A DNA stretch of 64,000 nt, counting the filler, from Stramenopiles sp. TOSAG23-3 (Eukaryota): the NCBI GenBank assembly GCA_900128585.1. It is 11 parts of 11 records of this genome, joined end to end, with 100 filler letters (N's around TTAATTAATTAA, not from the genome) between each part and the next. Parts side by side here need not be neighbours in the genome. Positions count along the whole stretch, not along the records: positions 37,738 to 45,171 come from LT643158.1; positions 45,272 to 52,703 come from LT643159.1; positions 52,804 to 60,223 come from LT643160.1; 8 more parts are not named here. One strand, written 5' to 3'. Numbering within the stretch: position 1 is the first letter of the stretch; each line of letters opens with the position of its first letter. Under the pieces are notes generated by a model. The model ran no database searches. It saw only the letters and a program-made list of their open reading frames with translations, and had not been told where the DNA came from. Below are positions 44,390-55,424 of this stretch, piece after piece. The translations under genes were made by a program, and so were the position numbers.

Positions 44390-45094
44390 GTAGGTGATTT
44401 GTATAATGTTTCCCAGGACGTTTGTACTTTGGAAGCAGTTGGCGGTCGTGCAATAAAAATGTGAATGCAACGTGTATCGGTAAATTCGTTCTTTGATATA
44501 GTTTAAAGAGGAAGTCGCTATATCAAATGACTTCCGTTATTTATTTAAATGACCGAAATGTTTACAGTTTTGATAAAATCTTCATGCCAGACTTGCTTAC
44601 GACGAAAAGAAGGTATGAATAAGTAATATATTATGATGAAAATATTTTGTTGTATATTATACCCACCTTCACTTCTTCTTCTTCCTTCTCCTCTCTAATG
44701 CTAGATCGATGTAAAAATAATTTTTAAAAAAATCAGAAGAAAGAAAATGACAGACCCACACTTCTTTCTTCTTTTTACTATGCTATGTAGCTGTTATTAT
44801 TTCTTCTAAATCCTTGATGTTGTCCTTTGTATATTTCAACCTTTTTCTTCTCTACTGTACCATTGTAAATCATGAATAATATATTTGTTGTAAAATGATT
44901 TGGTGTCTCTCACATTTCTTTCTTCTTCTTTTTTTCTTTCTTTGTTATTTCTTTGTTATTTCCTTGTTCTTCTTTCCTCTTTCTTTCATTCCCTTGTTTC
45001 TTCTTTGTTCTTTCTTTTTATGTAGTTGTATTAATTAATGTCCTATATAAATTGTATTCTTTTCTTTCACTTGGGTTTGTGATTGATTGATTCG

Positions 45095-45095
<1 letters not shown>

Positions 45096-45169
<74 letters not shown>

Positions 45170-45171
45170 TC
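45096..45171. repeat. (TTTC)n microsatellite at contig end
   Basis: Direct repeat. Confidence 0.95.
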
Positions 45172-45271
45172 NNNNNNNNNNNNNNNNNNNNNNNNNNNNN
45201 NNNNNNNNNNNNNNNTTAATTAATTAANNNNNNNNNNNNNNNNNNNNNNNNNNNNNNNNNNNNNNNNNNNN

Positions 45272-45518
45272 TATCCACAAGGTTGCCACCTTTTGTATGA
45301 TTTTCTTTCGTCACTTCATTAGCTCCAAGCATCAAACCAAGTAACAGACTTATAACAATAACACTGGCTAATACAACAAGGTGTAATTTTTCACGAAGTG
45401 AGTTTGCCTCTTTTGTTTTTTTATCCATATCAAACAGAATCGATTTAACTTCAGAAATATCAAAGGTGCCATTATGATCTGTATCGTACTTGATCATGGT
45501 TATCTCAAGATCATCCAA
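45272..45518 (-). CDS. EF-hand plus TM protein fragment (partial or pseudogene)
   Basis: YDTDHNGTFDISE EF-hand followed by a hydrophobic helix. Truncated by the linker; the 5' end abuts a homopolymer. Confidence 0.55.
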
Positions 45519-46326
45519 TACACCAAAAAAAAAAAAAGGGTCGGATGCTGGATGGTAGGTATATTTAGTATACTGTGATAGGTGCTTATTGGTGTCTATG
45601 AAAAAGATGAATATGACACTTAGGTACTAAGTACCGTGGTGTTAGCAGCCGACAATAAAAGCTACATAGGCATAACATACTTAAAACTGCCACACACTAC
45701 ACAATCTTTAGTACTCCTTCTGCCATGAAGATGAGGATGGGTAGCATGCAGAAAAAACTACGGAATTGTATACTGTAGAAGATAGGTAAAACCAATTCTG
45801 GGCTTTTTGTTTTGGGCTTTAGTACAATATAATTTGTGCTTCGTGTTCCCTATGAAGAAATGTGGAGAATTTGGTGCTATGGTGTAATGAATTTAGCTGC
45901 TGCGTGTTGAAAATAAAAACTTAGACAACAAGCATTAACTCGATCACAAAATTGTTATTTTCGGGAGTAGAGATAAAAAAGTGGTTTGATAGCAACTGGT
46001 GTCGTTTTTCGGTTTTTCTACCCCCTGGGCGCCTGTACTTGCATGGGAATAGTGGGTGTAAAAAAAATGACACCTCTTGAACTTTTTTTTTTGTGTCGAT
46101 TTTTTTTTTGAGATTACGTAATATAGAGTCGTCTTTCCAAGAGATCCCTGTGTGTGAGAGTGTTTTCGATTTGAAAACAACTATTACAAATACAGAGATT
46201 TGTTTATATCCTTTTGTTATTACGAATAAAAATGCATGTAACTATACAGGTTATACACTAGAGGGGTTCAACCGGGGAATTAAATAACAGAATTGGAATA
46301 CGAAAGATTGTATTGGAGAAAAGAAA

Positions 46327-47634
46327 ATGCCACTACGGTCGCGAAACGCGCGATGGGACGGCGTCGACGGTAAAGTTGTCGATGTGACGAAAGACAGCAA
46401 GAATTTGGTTAGCGTTACAAACACGTTGGGAGAAAGCGGGAGTAGTTCTTTGCGTCATCCAACAAGGTTATGCCGCCGCTTATGTAGAGCTCGTTGCAAA
46501 AATGTAAGGCGTATGCAAATAGACGTTTACGTTATCATACTCGCTGTGTGGGTGTTTACATTATATTTGGCTTTTAATTTTGGAACTAGAATTACTTTTG
46601 GACATTATAGACAGTTTTTTGAAGAAAATTTATGTTTCGATAGTGTTAGTGGAGAAAGACCTTTTGTCGAGCATTTGGGTAATTTCGATGTTATAGCCCG
46701 GGCACAAATGGTCTACGAGGTTGACAAAGTCCTATATACAAACCACTCAAAAATTGGACAAAAGATTGAGGTGTTTAGAAACAGTTTCCTGCGCAAGGTT
46801 CTTGCTGTTGAAAATGAAATCATGATAACTGAAAGGGACGAAAGAAACTACCATGAAATGATAGCGCACATTCCCTTGGCCTATTTTAACGATATACCAA
46901 ATGTACGAATCCTAATAATTGGCGGGGGTGATGGTGGTACTTTGTTTCAGGTACTTAAACACCCGAATGTAAAATATGTGACAATGGTTGAATTGGACGA
47001 AGGTGTTGTCGAAGTAAGCAAAAGGTTCTTTCCACAGTTTGCAGGAGCTTACAGCGACCCAAGAGTATCTTTGGTATTCGACGATGGAGCAAAATATGTT
47101 TCCAAGAGGCTTGGTGTAAAGTATATTAATGTTGCCAAGGCAAGTCCATTGGAGTTACGCATTGCGAACCAGAAAGGAATATCAAAGGGTGAACCGGAAA
47201 CCGAATTCGACGTTGTGATTGTCGACGGCACTGGTTACGGAGAGGCAGCGCCTTTATTTTCGAGGCAATTTTATATGCAAGTACATGAACTTTTGAATGA
47301 TGAGCATGGCATCTTAGCCTGTAAGTGCGGCAGTCCAGCATGGGCGCTATCGACGGTGTCGCATGTTTCTAGTTTGATTTCAAGGGTATTTAAACAGAAC
47401 TATTTGTACCAAGTGTTTCAGCCCACGTACCTCAGTGGGCATTACACCTTCATGTTTGCATCTGACAATGTCCACCCAATCAAAACACCTATTAACTGGC
47501 AAAAGTGGGACGCAAAAAATATTGATACAAGGTATTACAATAAAGGGATCCACCACGCATCCTTCTACTTACCCCAATTTCTGAAGCAAGCATCAGGTGT
47601 TGCAACACCAGGATATTTAAGTAAACATTCTTAA
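46327..47634 (+). CDS. Spermidine-synthase-like aminopropyltransferase with N-terminal TM anchor (copy 1)
   Basis: DERNYHEMIAH, ILIIGGGDGG, VELD, DPRV..DG and YYN..IH...F.LP motifs. TM segment at about residues 66-86. Confidence 0.9.
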   Translation: MPLRSRNARWDGVDGKVVDVTKDSKNLVSVTNTLGESGSSSLRHPTRLCRRLCRARCKNVRRMQIDVYVIILAVWVFTLYLAFNFGTRITFGHYRQFFEENLCFDSVSGERPFVEHLGNFDVIARAQMVYEVDKVLYTNHSKIGQKIEVFRNSFLRKVLAVENEIMITERDERNYHEMIAHIPLAYFNDIPNVRILIIGGGDGGTLFQVLKHPNVKYVTMVELDEGVVEVSKRFFPQFAGAYSDPRVSLVFDDGAKYVSKRLGVKYINVAKASPLELRIANQKGISKGEPETEFDVVIVDGTGYGEAAPLFSRQFYMQVHELLNDEHGILACKCGSPAWALSTVSHVSSLISRVFKQNYLYQVFQPTYLSGHYTFMFASDNVHPIKTPINWQKWDAKNIDTRYYNKGIHHASFYLPQFLKQASGVATPGYLSKHS

Positions 47635-48094
47635 AACACAACATTCAAACAACATTTAAAATGTTTTTTCAATATTTTGTAAAATATATTTTACCACCTC
47701 GAGGTTCAAGTCCTGTGTGATGTGAAGGCTTAGAATCTCTACCGAGCTGCTCTTACCACTCTATCGACAATTAGGTAAATTATAGAAATAGGCCCCTCTG
47801 ACAGGCGTCCGGAAGGGTGATATTTTGATAGGATATGTTTGTACTTAGACAATATTAAAAAAACTGGACCCTCCCGTGGGAAAATCCCATTTATTATTAA
47901 TATAATAATTTTTTTACATATATTCGGGGGTATATTTGAATAAACGAATGAGTTTATTGCTAAATAAGTAACAACAGTTAGGGATAGGAGGAGGAGAGAT
48001 CTGGTGCGCATTGTATCACTTAATTAATATGCGCGCTCAAAAATTCTGATAATGCGCCGTGTGATTAAAAAGGGAAATCAAATTGAGGTAAAAA

Positions 48095-49369
48095 ATGAAA
48101 GACGATTTGAAAGCATCAATAGAGCAAACGAGTAAAGGTGGTAGAGATCATAAGCAAGGCGGGCTGATGGGTCGCAATACAATTACAAAACTTTTTCGCA
48201 ACATGGTTCGACCTCACCTTAGGAACTTTAAGCGCATTTGTAAATCACGGATGAAAAATGTTTTCCGCTTACAGCTTGATGTTTTGACAATATTTTTTTC
48301 TCTATGGTTCGTAACTATTTATTTCGCGTTTAAATTTGGTAATGACCATTCAAATAAACTACATAAAAATTTCATGAAGAGAAACACATGCTTTAACAAC
48401 AGCGGTGGAGAACAGCCTTTTTCCGAACATAACGGAGATTATGATATTTTTGCCAGAGCACAGATGGTATATGAGGTAGATAAATGGTTGTATAGGAATA
48501 CATCAGAAATTGGGCAAGACATAGAGGTATTTAATAATAGGTTTTTGGGAAATGTTTTAGTAGTTGAAGATGAAATTATGATAACTGAAAATGATGAAAG
48601 AAATTATCATGAAATGATTTCTCATACACCTTTGGCATATCTCAGTGACGTTCCAAACGTCCGCGTATTGTTAATTGGTGGTGGCGATGGCGGAACACTA
48701 TTCCAAGTGCTAAAGCATTCAAATGTAGAACAAGTAACAATGGTGGAATTGGATGAAGATGTTGTAAAAGTTAGTAAAACGTTTTTTCCAGAATTTGCAA
48801 AATCATATGACGATCCTCGTGTAAAACTTATATTTGGAGATGGTGCCAAATTTGTATCAGAAAGACTAAATATGACGTATGTAGAAGTAGCAGAAGCCGA
48901 GAAAGAGGAAATATTAATAGCCGACAAAAAAGGTATTACGAAAGCAAAGTTTGAAAATGAATTTGAACTCGTAATAGTCGACAGTACAGACTATGGTCCT
49001 GCTATACCTTTATTCTCGAGACAATTTTATATGCAAATTCAAGAGTTACTCAATGATGAAAAGGGCATATTGGTATTCAATTGTGAAAGCCCAGCATGGG
49101 CATTGCATACCGTGTCACACGTCTCATCTTTAATTTCGAGTGTTTTCAGGCGTAATTACGTGTACCAGGTATTTCAGCCGACATATGTAAGTGGGCATTA
49201 TACATTCGTTTTCGCATCGGACAATATTCATCCATTAAATTCATTTATCGATTGGGGTAAATATGATATAGAAAAATTGCAAACACGGTATTACAATAAG
49301 GCTGTACATCTTGGTTCGTTTTATTTACCAGAATTTTTGAAAGATGTTGTAACTTATGACGATATTTAA
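48095..49369 (+). CDS. Spermidine-synthase-like aminopropyltransferase with N-terminal TM anchor (copy 2)
   Basis: Same motifs, with IVDSTDYGPA. Tandem paralogue of 46327-47634. Confidence 0.9.
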   Translation: MKDDLKASIEQTSKGGRDHKQGGLMGRNTITKLFRNMVRPHLRNFKRICKSRMKNVFRLQLDVLTIFFSLWFVTIYFAFKFGNDHSNKLHKNFMKRNTCFNNSGGEQPFSEHNGDYDIFARAQMVYEVDKWLYRNTSEIGQDIEVFNNRFLGNVLVVEDEIMITENDERNYHEMISHTPLAYLSDVPNVRVLLIGGGDGGTLFQVLKHSNVEQVTMVELDEDVVKVSKTFFPEFAKSYDDPRVKLIFGDGAKFVSERLNMTYVEVAEAEKEEILIADKKGITKAKFENEFELVIVDSTDYGPAIPLFSRQFYMQIQELLNDEKGILVFNCESPAWALHTVSHVSSLISSVFRRNYVYQVFQPTYVSGHYTFVFASDNIHPLNSFIDWGKYDIEKLQTRYYNKAVHLGSFYLPEFLKDVVTYDDI

Positions 49370-49533
49370 ATTTAAAAGAAGTAAATATTGCCGTTATTTA
49401 AGGATTCGATCTTTTATACTTCGTATAGACAAGCGCCTTTTATCAGATAAATATTCATAGAAATATACGTAATACATGCATAATTAGAGGTCGTCTGTTA
49501 TCTTAAAAGTCAGTGAATTATGGGACTTTGTGG

Positions 49534-52095
49534 TTACCGGACTGCGATACCGCGATTCAACGTTTCAGCCTCGATTATTTCCTTTGATACTTCGTTATCA
49601 CTTACGCTTAAGACCTTTAGATTTGAACAGGTTTTAACCATTTCAATAATACTACGATGATCTTCCAATTCATTATCACTCAAAGTCACTATTTCCAAAT
49701 GTGCTAAACCGCATAATTCACTGACATCTCGTAAATTGTTACTTCCAAGATGCAAAGTCTCTAACATCGGTGTGTTCGATACTCCAATTCCAGGAATTTG
49801 ATTTATATTATTATCCGTGCAATCCAATGATTGAAGTGCAGGAGCAAACATATTTTCTAGCTTTGTTATATTGTTACTACTTGCGTACAGCACTTCAAGC
49901 GATTTACTAGAGATACCATTCAAATGTTCTAAATCATTATTGCGTACATCTACATATTTTAACTTTGAACATGTATTAATGATGTTTACAATATTGCTCG
50001 AATCTTCAATATCATTCGAACTCAAACAAAGCGCTTCCAAATAAGAAAACCTGCACAATGATGTAATGTCCGTGATATCATTATTAGAAAGATTCACCAC
50101 TCTTAAAAGTGGAGTTGTAAATTCAGATATCCCGTTCGTTGAAGATATATCATTGTCAACACAATCCAGGTGTTGCAAAGATGAGGAATCGCACCCTTGT
50201 AAACTAATTAAGTCACACCTTCGCGCCGAAAATGATACAATTTTGGTACTGTTCAAGCCTGATAAGGACGTTAGGTAATTATCGTTCGCTTCAAGTTTTC
50301 GCAGATTATTTGCTGCTCTTACCCCCTTTACACTTTTTAAGTTGTTGTTACTAATATTTAAATGATAAAGATTTGGGAAAGCCTGCAAATTTGCAATTGT
50401 AGCAATGTCATTGTTTGTGATGTCAAGATAATTAACACGCCCGATATTATGCCGGAGTTCAGAGAGTGATGTGTAATCATCATCTGATTCGTCCATTGCA
50501 ATCCATGAAGCTTTTGCAGTTCCAACATCAGCAAATGGATCTACTAATTTCCTATATTTATCTGGTAATTCAGTTATACCATATTTAGCTTGTGTAATTG
50601 ATTTAACAACGTAACGGTTCGAATGCATCTCGTTGTAACAGGAACCAAGATGTGATTCTTTGCGTAGTTTATCTGGTAATTCAGTTGTAGCAATTTTAGC
50701 TTGTGGAATTGATTTAACAATGTGACGGTCATATAACATGTAACGGTCATGTAACATCTCGTGGTAACAGGAACCAAGATGTGATTTTTTGCGTACTTCA
50801 TGGTACGCCTTTTCTTCCTTTTTCTTCACCCAGCAAGATCCAACACACCACCAAAAGAAAACACTTACAAACGAAAGTATGCAAAATGTACCATACACTG
50901 CAGCCAAAGGATCTTCTTCTTCTGTTGCAAACGTTACAAATATCTTTGGAAATTCCACAGTAAATTTTGCCACCTTACTTGTCGCAGCCATTGACTCGTC
51001 GTACGTTGCTACGACAGTTGATGATACAGTGTAAGTATCTGTATCGGCCGCATCTGCTTCAGGTGTTAAGAAAGTCCCCAAACCGTTCAGATCAAAAAGA
51101 GTAAAACTGCTAAATAGCTTCACATCGCAACCATCTATAAAATTATTGCATGCGTCAATATTATTATATTTGTCTTTATATGCGCTTAAAATATTGCCAG
51201 GTTGAGAAATATCCACGTGCGAACTGGGATTTGCCTGTTCCCTCTCCCCCAACAAAGGTGTAAAAGAATAAATGGAAAATATCATGCCAGCATCACAAAC
51301 ATCAATTATACGCCTTCTTACACCACCAAATGCTGTGGTAGTATATGGCAAAGCATTCTCGCTTTCAATAGCATCATCTCTGGGATCATGACGACTAGTG
51401 TAGCGGGCAACTTGTGGAGCAGCAGCTGGTACAGAATTACCACCCTTTAAGAGTCTACGTCTTCTGAGCATGTTATGCCCCGCTCCCTCTAGTAATCGAC
51501 CTTTTTTTGTAAACGGCTTGTATACTAGCCTGTTTGTTTCATCCAGGTCTTTTGAGACACATTTACCGGGGAAACATGGACCAGGATATGCAGTGATACA
51601 ACAAGCGCCGGAAATGCACTGAGTGTGCGATGTACAGGCTTGGCCAACTGGTATGGAAAAATACTCAATCTTATGGTCAGTCATGGAAAATGTCCATGTT
51701 TGACTTACTTCCGTTTGATCGTTCTTAACCGTGATAGTCATTGTTTTTATATTCATTAAATCAGTAGCATATATTCTTGGATAATAAGGAAGACCCTTTT
51801 TAAGACGTTTCGCGGCAAGTTTCGATTCAGATTGTAATCCATACGTCGGTTTCGGAACTTTGCAATCCTCGTAATTTCCTTGCGCAACAAGCTCGATTGG
51901 ACCAAGCCATTGCGCACTTCCATACAAGTTTGGTGTTGCATTATGTACGTTTCTACATAAACCAACATTTATCCATAGAGGAATTTCTTTATCAGCCGTG
52001 CCATCCCAAAGAAAAGCAAACAGGACCCCTAGGCCCAAAAAGCTAGCAACCCACAGAAACCCCACAAATGTTTTACAGTTTTTACTCTTCGCCAT
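49534..52095 (-). CDS. Membrane protein with Cys-containing ectodomain and C-terminal leucine-rich repeats
   Basis: N-terminal hydrophobic helix, second TM (VYGTFCILSFVSVFFWWCV), about 13 LxxLxLxxNxI repeats. Confidence 0.85.
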   Translation of the reverse strand: MAKSKNCKTFVGFLWVASFLGLGVLFAFLWDGTADKEIPLWINVGLCRNVHNATPNLYGSAQWLGPIELVAQGNYEDCKVPKPTYGLQSESKLAAKRLKKGLPYYPRIYATDLMNIKTMTITVKNDQTEVSQTWTFSMTDHKIEYFSIPVGQACTSHTQCISGACCITAYPGPCFPGKCVSKDLDETNRLVYKPFTKKGRLLEGAGHNMLRRRRLLKGGNSVPAAAPQVARYTSRHDPRDDAIESENALPYTTTAFGGVRRRIIDVCDAGMIFSIYSFTPLLGEREQANPSSHVDISQPGNILSAYKDKYNNIDACNNFIDGCDVKLFSSFTLFDLNGLGTFLTPEADAADTDTYTVSSTVVATYDESMAATSKVAKFTVEFPKIFVTFATEEEDPLAAVYGTFCILSFVSVFFWWCVGSCWVKKKEEKAYHEVRKKSHLGSCYHEMLHDRYMLYDRHIVKSIPQAKIATTELPDKLRKESHLGSCYNEMHSNRYVVKSITQAKYGITELPDKYRKLVDPFADVGTAKASWIAMDESDDDYTSLSELRHNIGRVNYLDITNNDIATIANLQAFPNLYHLNISNNNLKSVKGVRAANNLRKLEANDNYLTSLSGLNSTKIVSFSARRCDLISLQGCDSSSLQHLDCVDNDISSTNGISEFTTPLLRVVNLSNNDITDITSLCRFSYLEALCLSSNDIEDSSNIVNIINTCSKLKYVDVRNNDLEHLNGISSKSLEVLYASSNNITKLENMFAPALQSLDCTDNNINQIPGIGVSNTPMLETLHLGSNNLRDVSELCGLAHLEIVTLSDNELEDHRSIIEMVKTCSNLKVLSVSDNEVSKEIIEAETLNRGIAVR

Positions 52096-53278
52096 TGCAT
52101 TATGTTGTGACAATTATTATCACGTTTTCCTTTGAGTTTCTTTCCATCTATTTCGTCACAGTTCATCCTTTCCATTGTCTGTACAATTTCGCGGTGAATA
52201 ATAATAAAATACACACTAATATACACTCCATTTATTTCTTTTATATTAGTACTACTACTCTAAATTACGATGTTGGCGGCAGCATAAATATATTTATAAG
52301 CTAATACATAGTTTTCTTTATTATTAAAAGCATAAAGTATCCAATAAATCCTACTATCGCCAGACCTACTCAAACAACTATAATAATCATTCGTTAGAAT
52401 ACGAGCCGTAGGTAGTTAGTTAGTTAAATAATTAAATTTTGGGATTTACTCTATGTTGGGATTTGAATAAACACTAGCATTTTTCAACGAGATATTTCTT
52501 TTTCTTGTTTTTAAGTAAAAAAATAGCCCTGCTCTGTCCATATACAATATACCCTAAAAATAAGAGCGTTAAATGTCGAGGCTCTAATGTGTTTGAAATT
52601 TTGTTAAAAAACATTTTTTTAAAATATTAGAGAGCTGACAACGAACGTTTGCCGAAAACAGCCTTTTTGTACATACACACAGCATGGTTTATTTTCGACG
52701 AAANNNNNNNNNNNNNNNNNNNNNNNNNNNNNNNNNNNNNNNNNNNNTTAATTAATTAANNNNNNNNNNNNNNNNNNNNNNNNNNNNNNNNNNNNNNNNN
52801 NNNAGAAGAAGAAGTAGAAGAAGAAGAAGCGATTAGGCAATATAATACCAGCAGTAGAGTATGGAAAAAGAAAAAATACTTTCTTAATAATAGTCTACTA
52901 ATAATAAATAAAACCTGGTACTACTACGGGACGGTACCAGGTACCGGACTGGGAATAAAAATAATATTTTTTTATTTATTATTGGCCATTATTATATTAT
53001 TATTATTATTATTATTTTACTACTGTAGTTTTATATAGTTGTTCTCCTTTCTTCTTCTTCCGTCGCGGTGAAGGAATCAATGTATGGTAATATACATGTG
53101 GATTGGGTCATACAAATGGGTGAATGAGAAGAGGGAGACTGAAACGCATAGAACAGACGCAACAACGACAAAAAAAAAGGAAGGGGACCTTTCAGTTTAT
53201 ATTGATTTTTCTAACTGTATCATTAAGGGAGAATGGGTATAGATACTATAAGCTTTAGGTCATAATCTTTAGGTTTTA

Positions 53279-54055
53279 TTGAACTCATTCAAATGCGACC
53301 CGGGGGGGGCGTGGGGGGACTTTCGGGTGTACGATGAGCAAGGGGTAAGACGTTCCCTTTACCTTGGGAAAAAAGATGGAGATCGCGAGGCGACAAAGGC
53401 GCAGTCGACAATATCGGCGTGCCCCCGTGTTACGAAGCCAACCGACCCTGCAACGTTTCGCCCGAACGTTCTCCCGTTGGGCCAGTGCCATAATTATGTA
53501 CAGATAGCCGGGCTCAGGGAAATGTACCGGCGTGGCATGCAAGTGCACGTTCGTGGGAAAGGGGGGAAGACGATTTCCCACCCGAGCGTAGACAAGTTCA
53601 TACGGCAACAGCTCAAGCGGTCTTTCCAGTCGATAGAATCCTTGGCCGCAGAGTTCCAAGTAGTCCCCCCTTCAGCAGGCGGTCGAGGGGGAGGGGCTGT
53701 CTTTTTGGCGACGGACGACGAGCACGGCTGCGCGGTCGGGATGGTGGCCATTCGTCCATATTTCAACAACGGGGGTGAAAAAGCTGGCGTCGAGCTTCGA
53801 CACATGTGCGTCGAAGCCAACTACAGGCGGTGCGGCGTCGGCACTGCCCTGCTAAAGCGTGCCGTCATTTTTTGCCGGGGGAAAGGCTACCCATCCATTA
53901 CGCTGGAGACGTTGGAGCCGATGGCCGCCGCACGCGGACTCTATGCCCGCCATGGTTTTGAAGAGGTGAAAAGAACAGTCTTAGGGAATGGAAACAGGGC
54001 ATTTACGCTGATAATGTACAGAAAGGATTTTGGGGTTGTGGGGGGAGGTGGCTAA
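53279..54055 (+). CDS. GNAT acetyltransferase (NAT8-like), start uncertain
   Basis: ELRHMCV...YRRCGVGTALL, LET...AA..LY..HGF motifs. Confidence 0.85.
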   Translation: MNSFKCDPGGAWGDFRVYDEQGVRRSLYLGKKDGDREATKAQSTISACPRVTKPTDPATFRPNVLPLGQCHNYVQIAGLREMYRRGMQVHVRGKGGKTISHPSVDKFIRQQLKRSFQSIESLAAEFQVVPPSAGGRGGGAVFLATDDEHGCAVGMVAIRPYFNNGGEKAGVELRHMCVEANYRRCGVGTALLKRAVIFCRGKGYPSITLETLEPMAAARGLYARHGFEEVKRTVLGNGNRAFTLIMYRKDFGVVGGGG

Positions 54056-54440
54056 GGACAATAAGATTATATGAACAATAAAAAATAACAGCCAATTTTC
54101 TTGTTTTAATAAATAAAATCCTATGATATTTCACTCAGAATATTTTTTCGTATTTCTGGAACAAGAAGGAGTTTTGGTTCTTGAACAACGGTTTACCCCT
54201 TCTTTTTTTCTTTTTGAATGTCTTTAAAAAATACTATATAATTTTTTACAGAGAGTTACAACCCTTGATGCAATCTAGTAATGCCCCGACTCTAATAGTG
54301 TCGCCCTCGGACGACGACACAGAAGTACAATCCTCAATGCAATCATTAAAATGAAAAATCGAAGAGAGACTTTTGTGCCTCGAACAGGCCACGCGCGATT
54401 TCTCCGCGTCAGTTTGTTTCACTGGCTCGCTCTCCCATCT

Positions 54441-55424
54441 TCACCGTGGCACGAGCGCATCGTAGTGGACTCTGCCGCCGTACAAGACATGCACGGTCTT
54501 TCCCCCTCTTCCGCTGCCAGCATTAAAACACGATATCCTTCGGTATCCACCGCGCATGAAACCCCGACTTTCGTACACGTGCACGTTGACCCCCTTCAAC
54601 AGCGAAAAGGCGGCCATCTCGATTCCTCCCCCCCATCCCCCCGTCGACATCCGCCTTGCGTAACTGCTCACCGATGATCCAGACTCCCACATGATCCAGT
54701 CCTTCATCGGGGAGTCAGCAATTTCTAGGTTTGGATTTTTTGCTATGAACGAGGCAATCTCCCTTCGTACCGACCGTGCATTCCCAGACCCGAGGCCGTA
54801 CGACAGGCTATGGAACAGGCACGACCCGTCCCCGGGCTGGCGTACCACTCTTGCGTTTTTCAAAGTAAAATTCCCGCCTCCCCCGCCGATGCTCCGCCCT
54901 TTCCCCTTCTGCTCATCTGGATGTTTTCCGCGCTTCTTTCTGTAATGGGGGCAGGTGGACGTCTCGTGCTTTCCATCGCACTTGTCGCAGCACAGCTTGC
55001 TGCCGGCGCCGCTGCTTCCCGCGCCACGGTCCCCGGGCGACTTGTCCTCGTCATCCGAGGACAGCGTTGGATAGGAAGAACGAAAGGACCGGCCTGCCCG
55101 CACGGGATGGCTTCTCCTTCGGCCAGTTGCGCCGTCGAGGGACAGTTCGTTCAGCCGTTCCTCGACCATTCTTCTGTTCGGCTTGCTTATGTTCGTCTTT
55201 CTTTTGCTCCTACTCCCATACGAACCTTTTCTAATCGACTGGCTTCCCGCGGACAAGAGGGAGCTGCTCGTGCGCCGCCGCCCAAAGGTCGTGGTGCAGT
55301 CCTCCCCTCCGTTACTACTCAGCGCGGACCGAGACAGGCCCAGACTACCGCTCGTCCTTGAGGACACGCGCCGCCTGCTGCTCGTCTTGCTATTGCTGCT
55401 ACTTCTAAATCGTCCAGAAAACAT
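54441..55424 (-). CDS. OTU-domain deubiquitinase with CxxC-H-C knuckle
   Basis: GDGSCLFHSL, WGGGIE, HYDAL and CDKCDGKHETSTC motifs. Confidence 0.9.
   Translation of the reverse strand: MFSGRFRSSSNSKTSSRRRVSSRTSGSLGLSRSALSSNGGEDCTTTFGRRRTSSSLLSAGSQSIRKGSYGSRSKRKTNISKPNRRMVEERLNELSLDGATGRRRSHPVRAGRSFRSSYPTLSSDDEDKSPGDRGAGSSGAGSKLCCDKCDGKHETSTCPHYRKKRGKHPDEQKGKGRSIGGGGGNFTLKNARVVRQPGDGSCLFHSLSYGLGSGNARSVRREIASFIAKNPNLEIADSPMKDWIMWESGSSVSSYARRMSTGGWGGGIEMAAFSLLKGVNVHVYESRGFMRGGYRRISCFNAGSGRGGKTVHVLYGGRVHYDALVPR

Noticed and set aside
47697-47762. tRNA-like GGTTCAAGTCC and AGTGGTAAGAGC words
   Set aside because: They are on opposite strands and no cloverleaf can be built.
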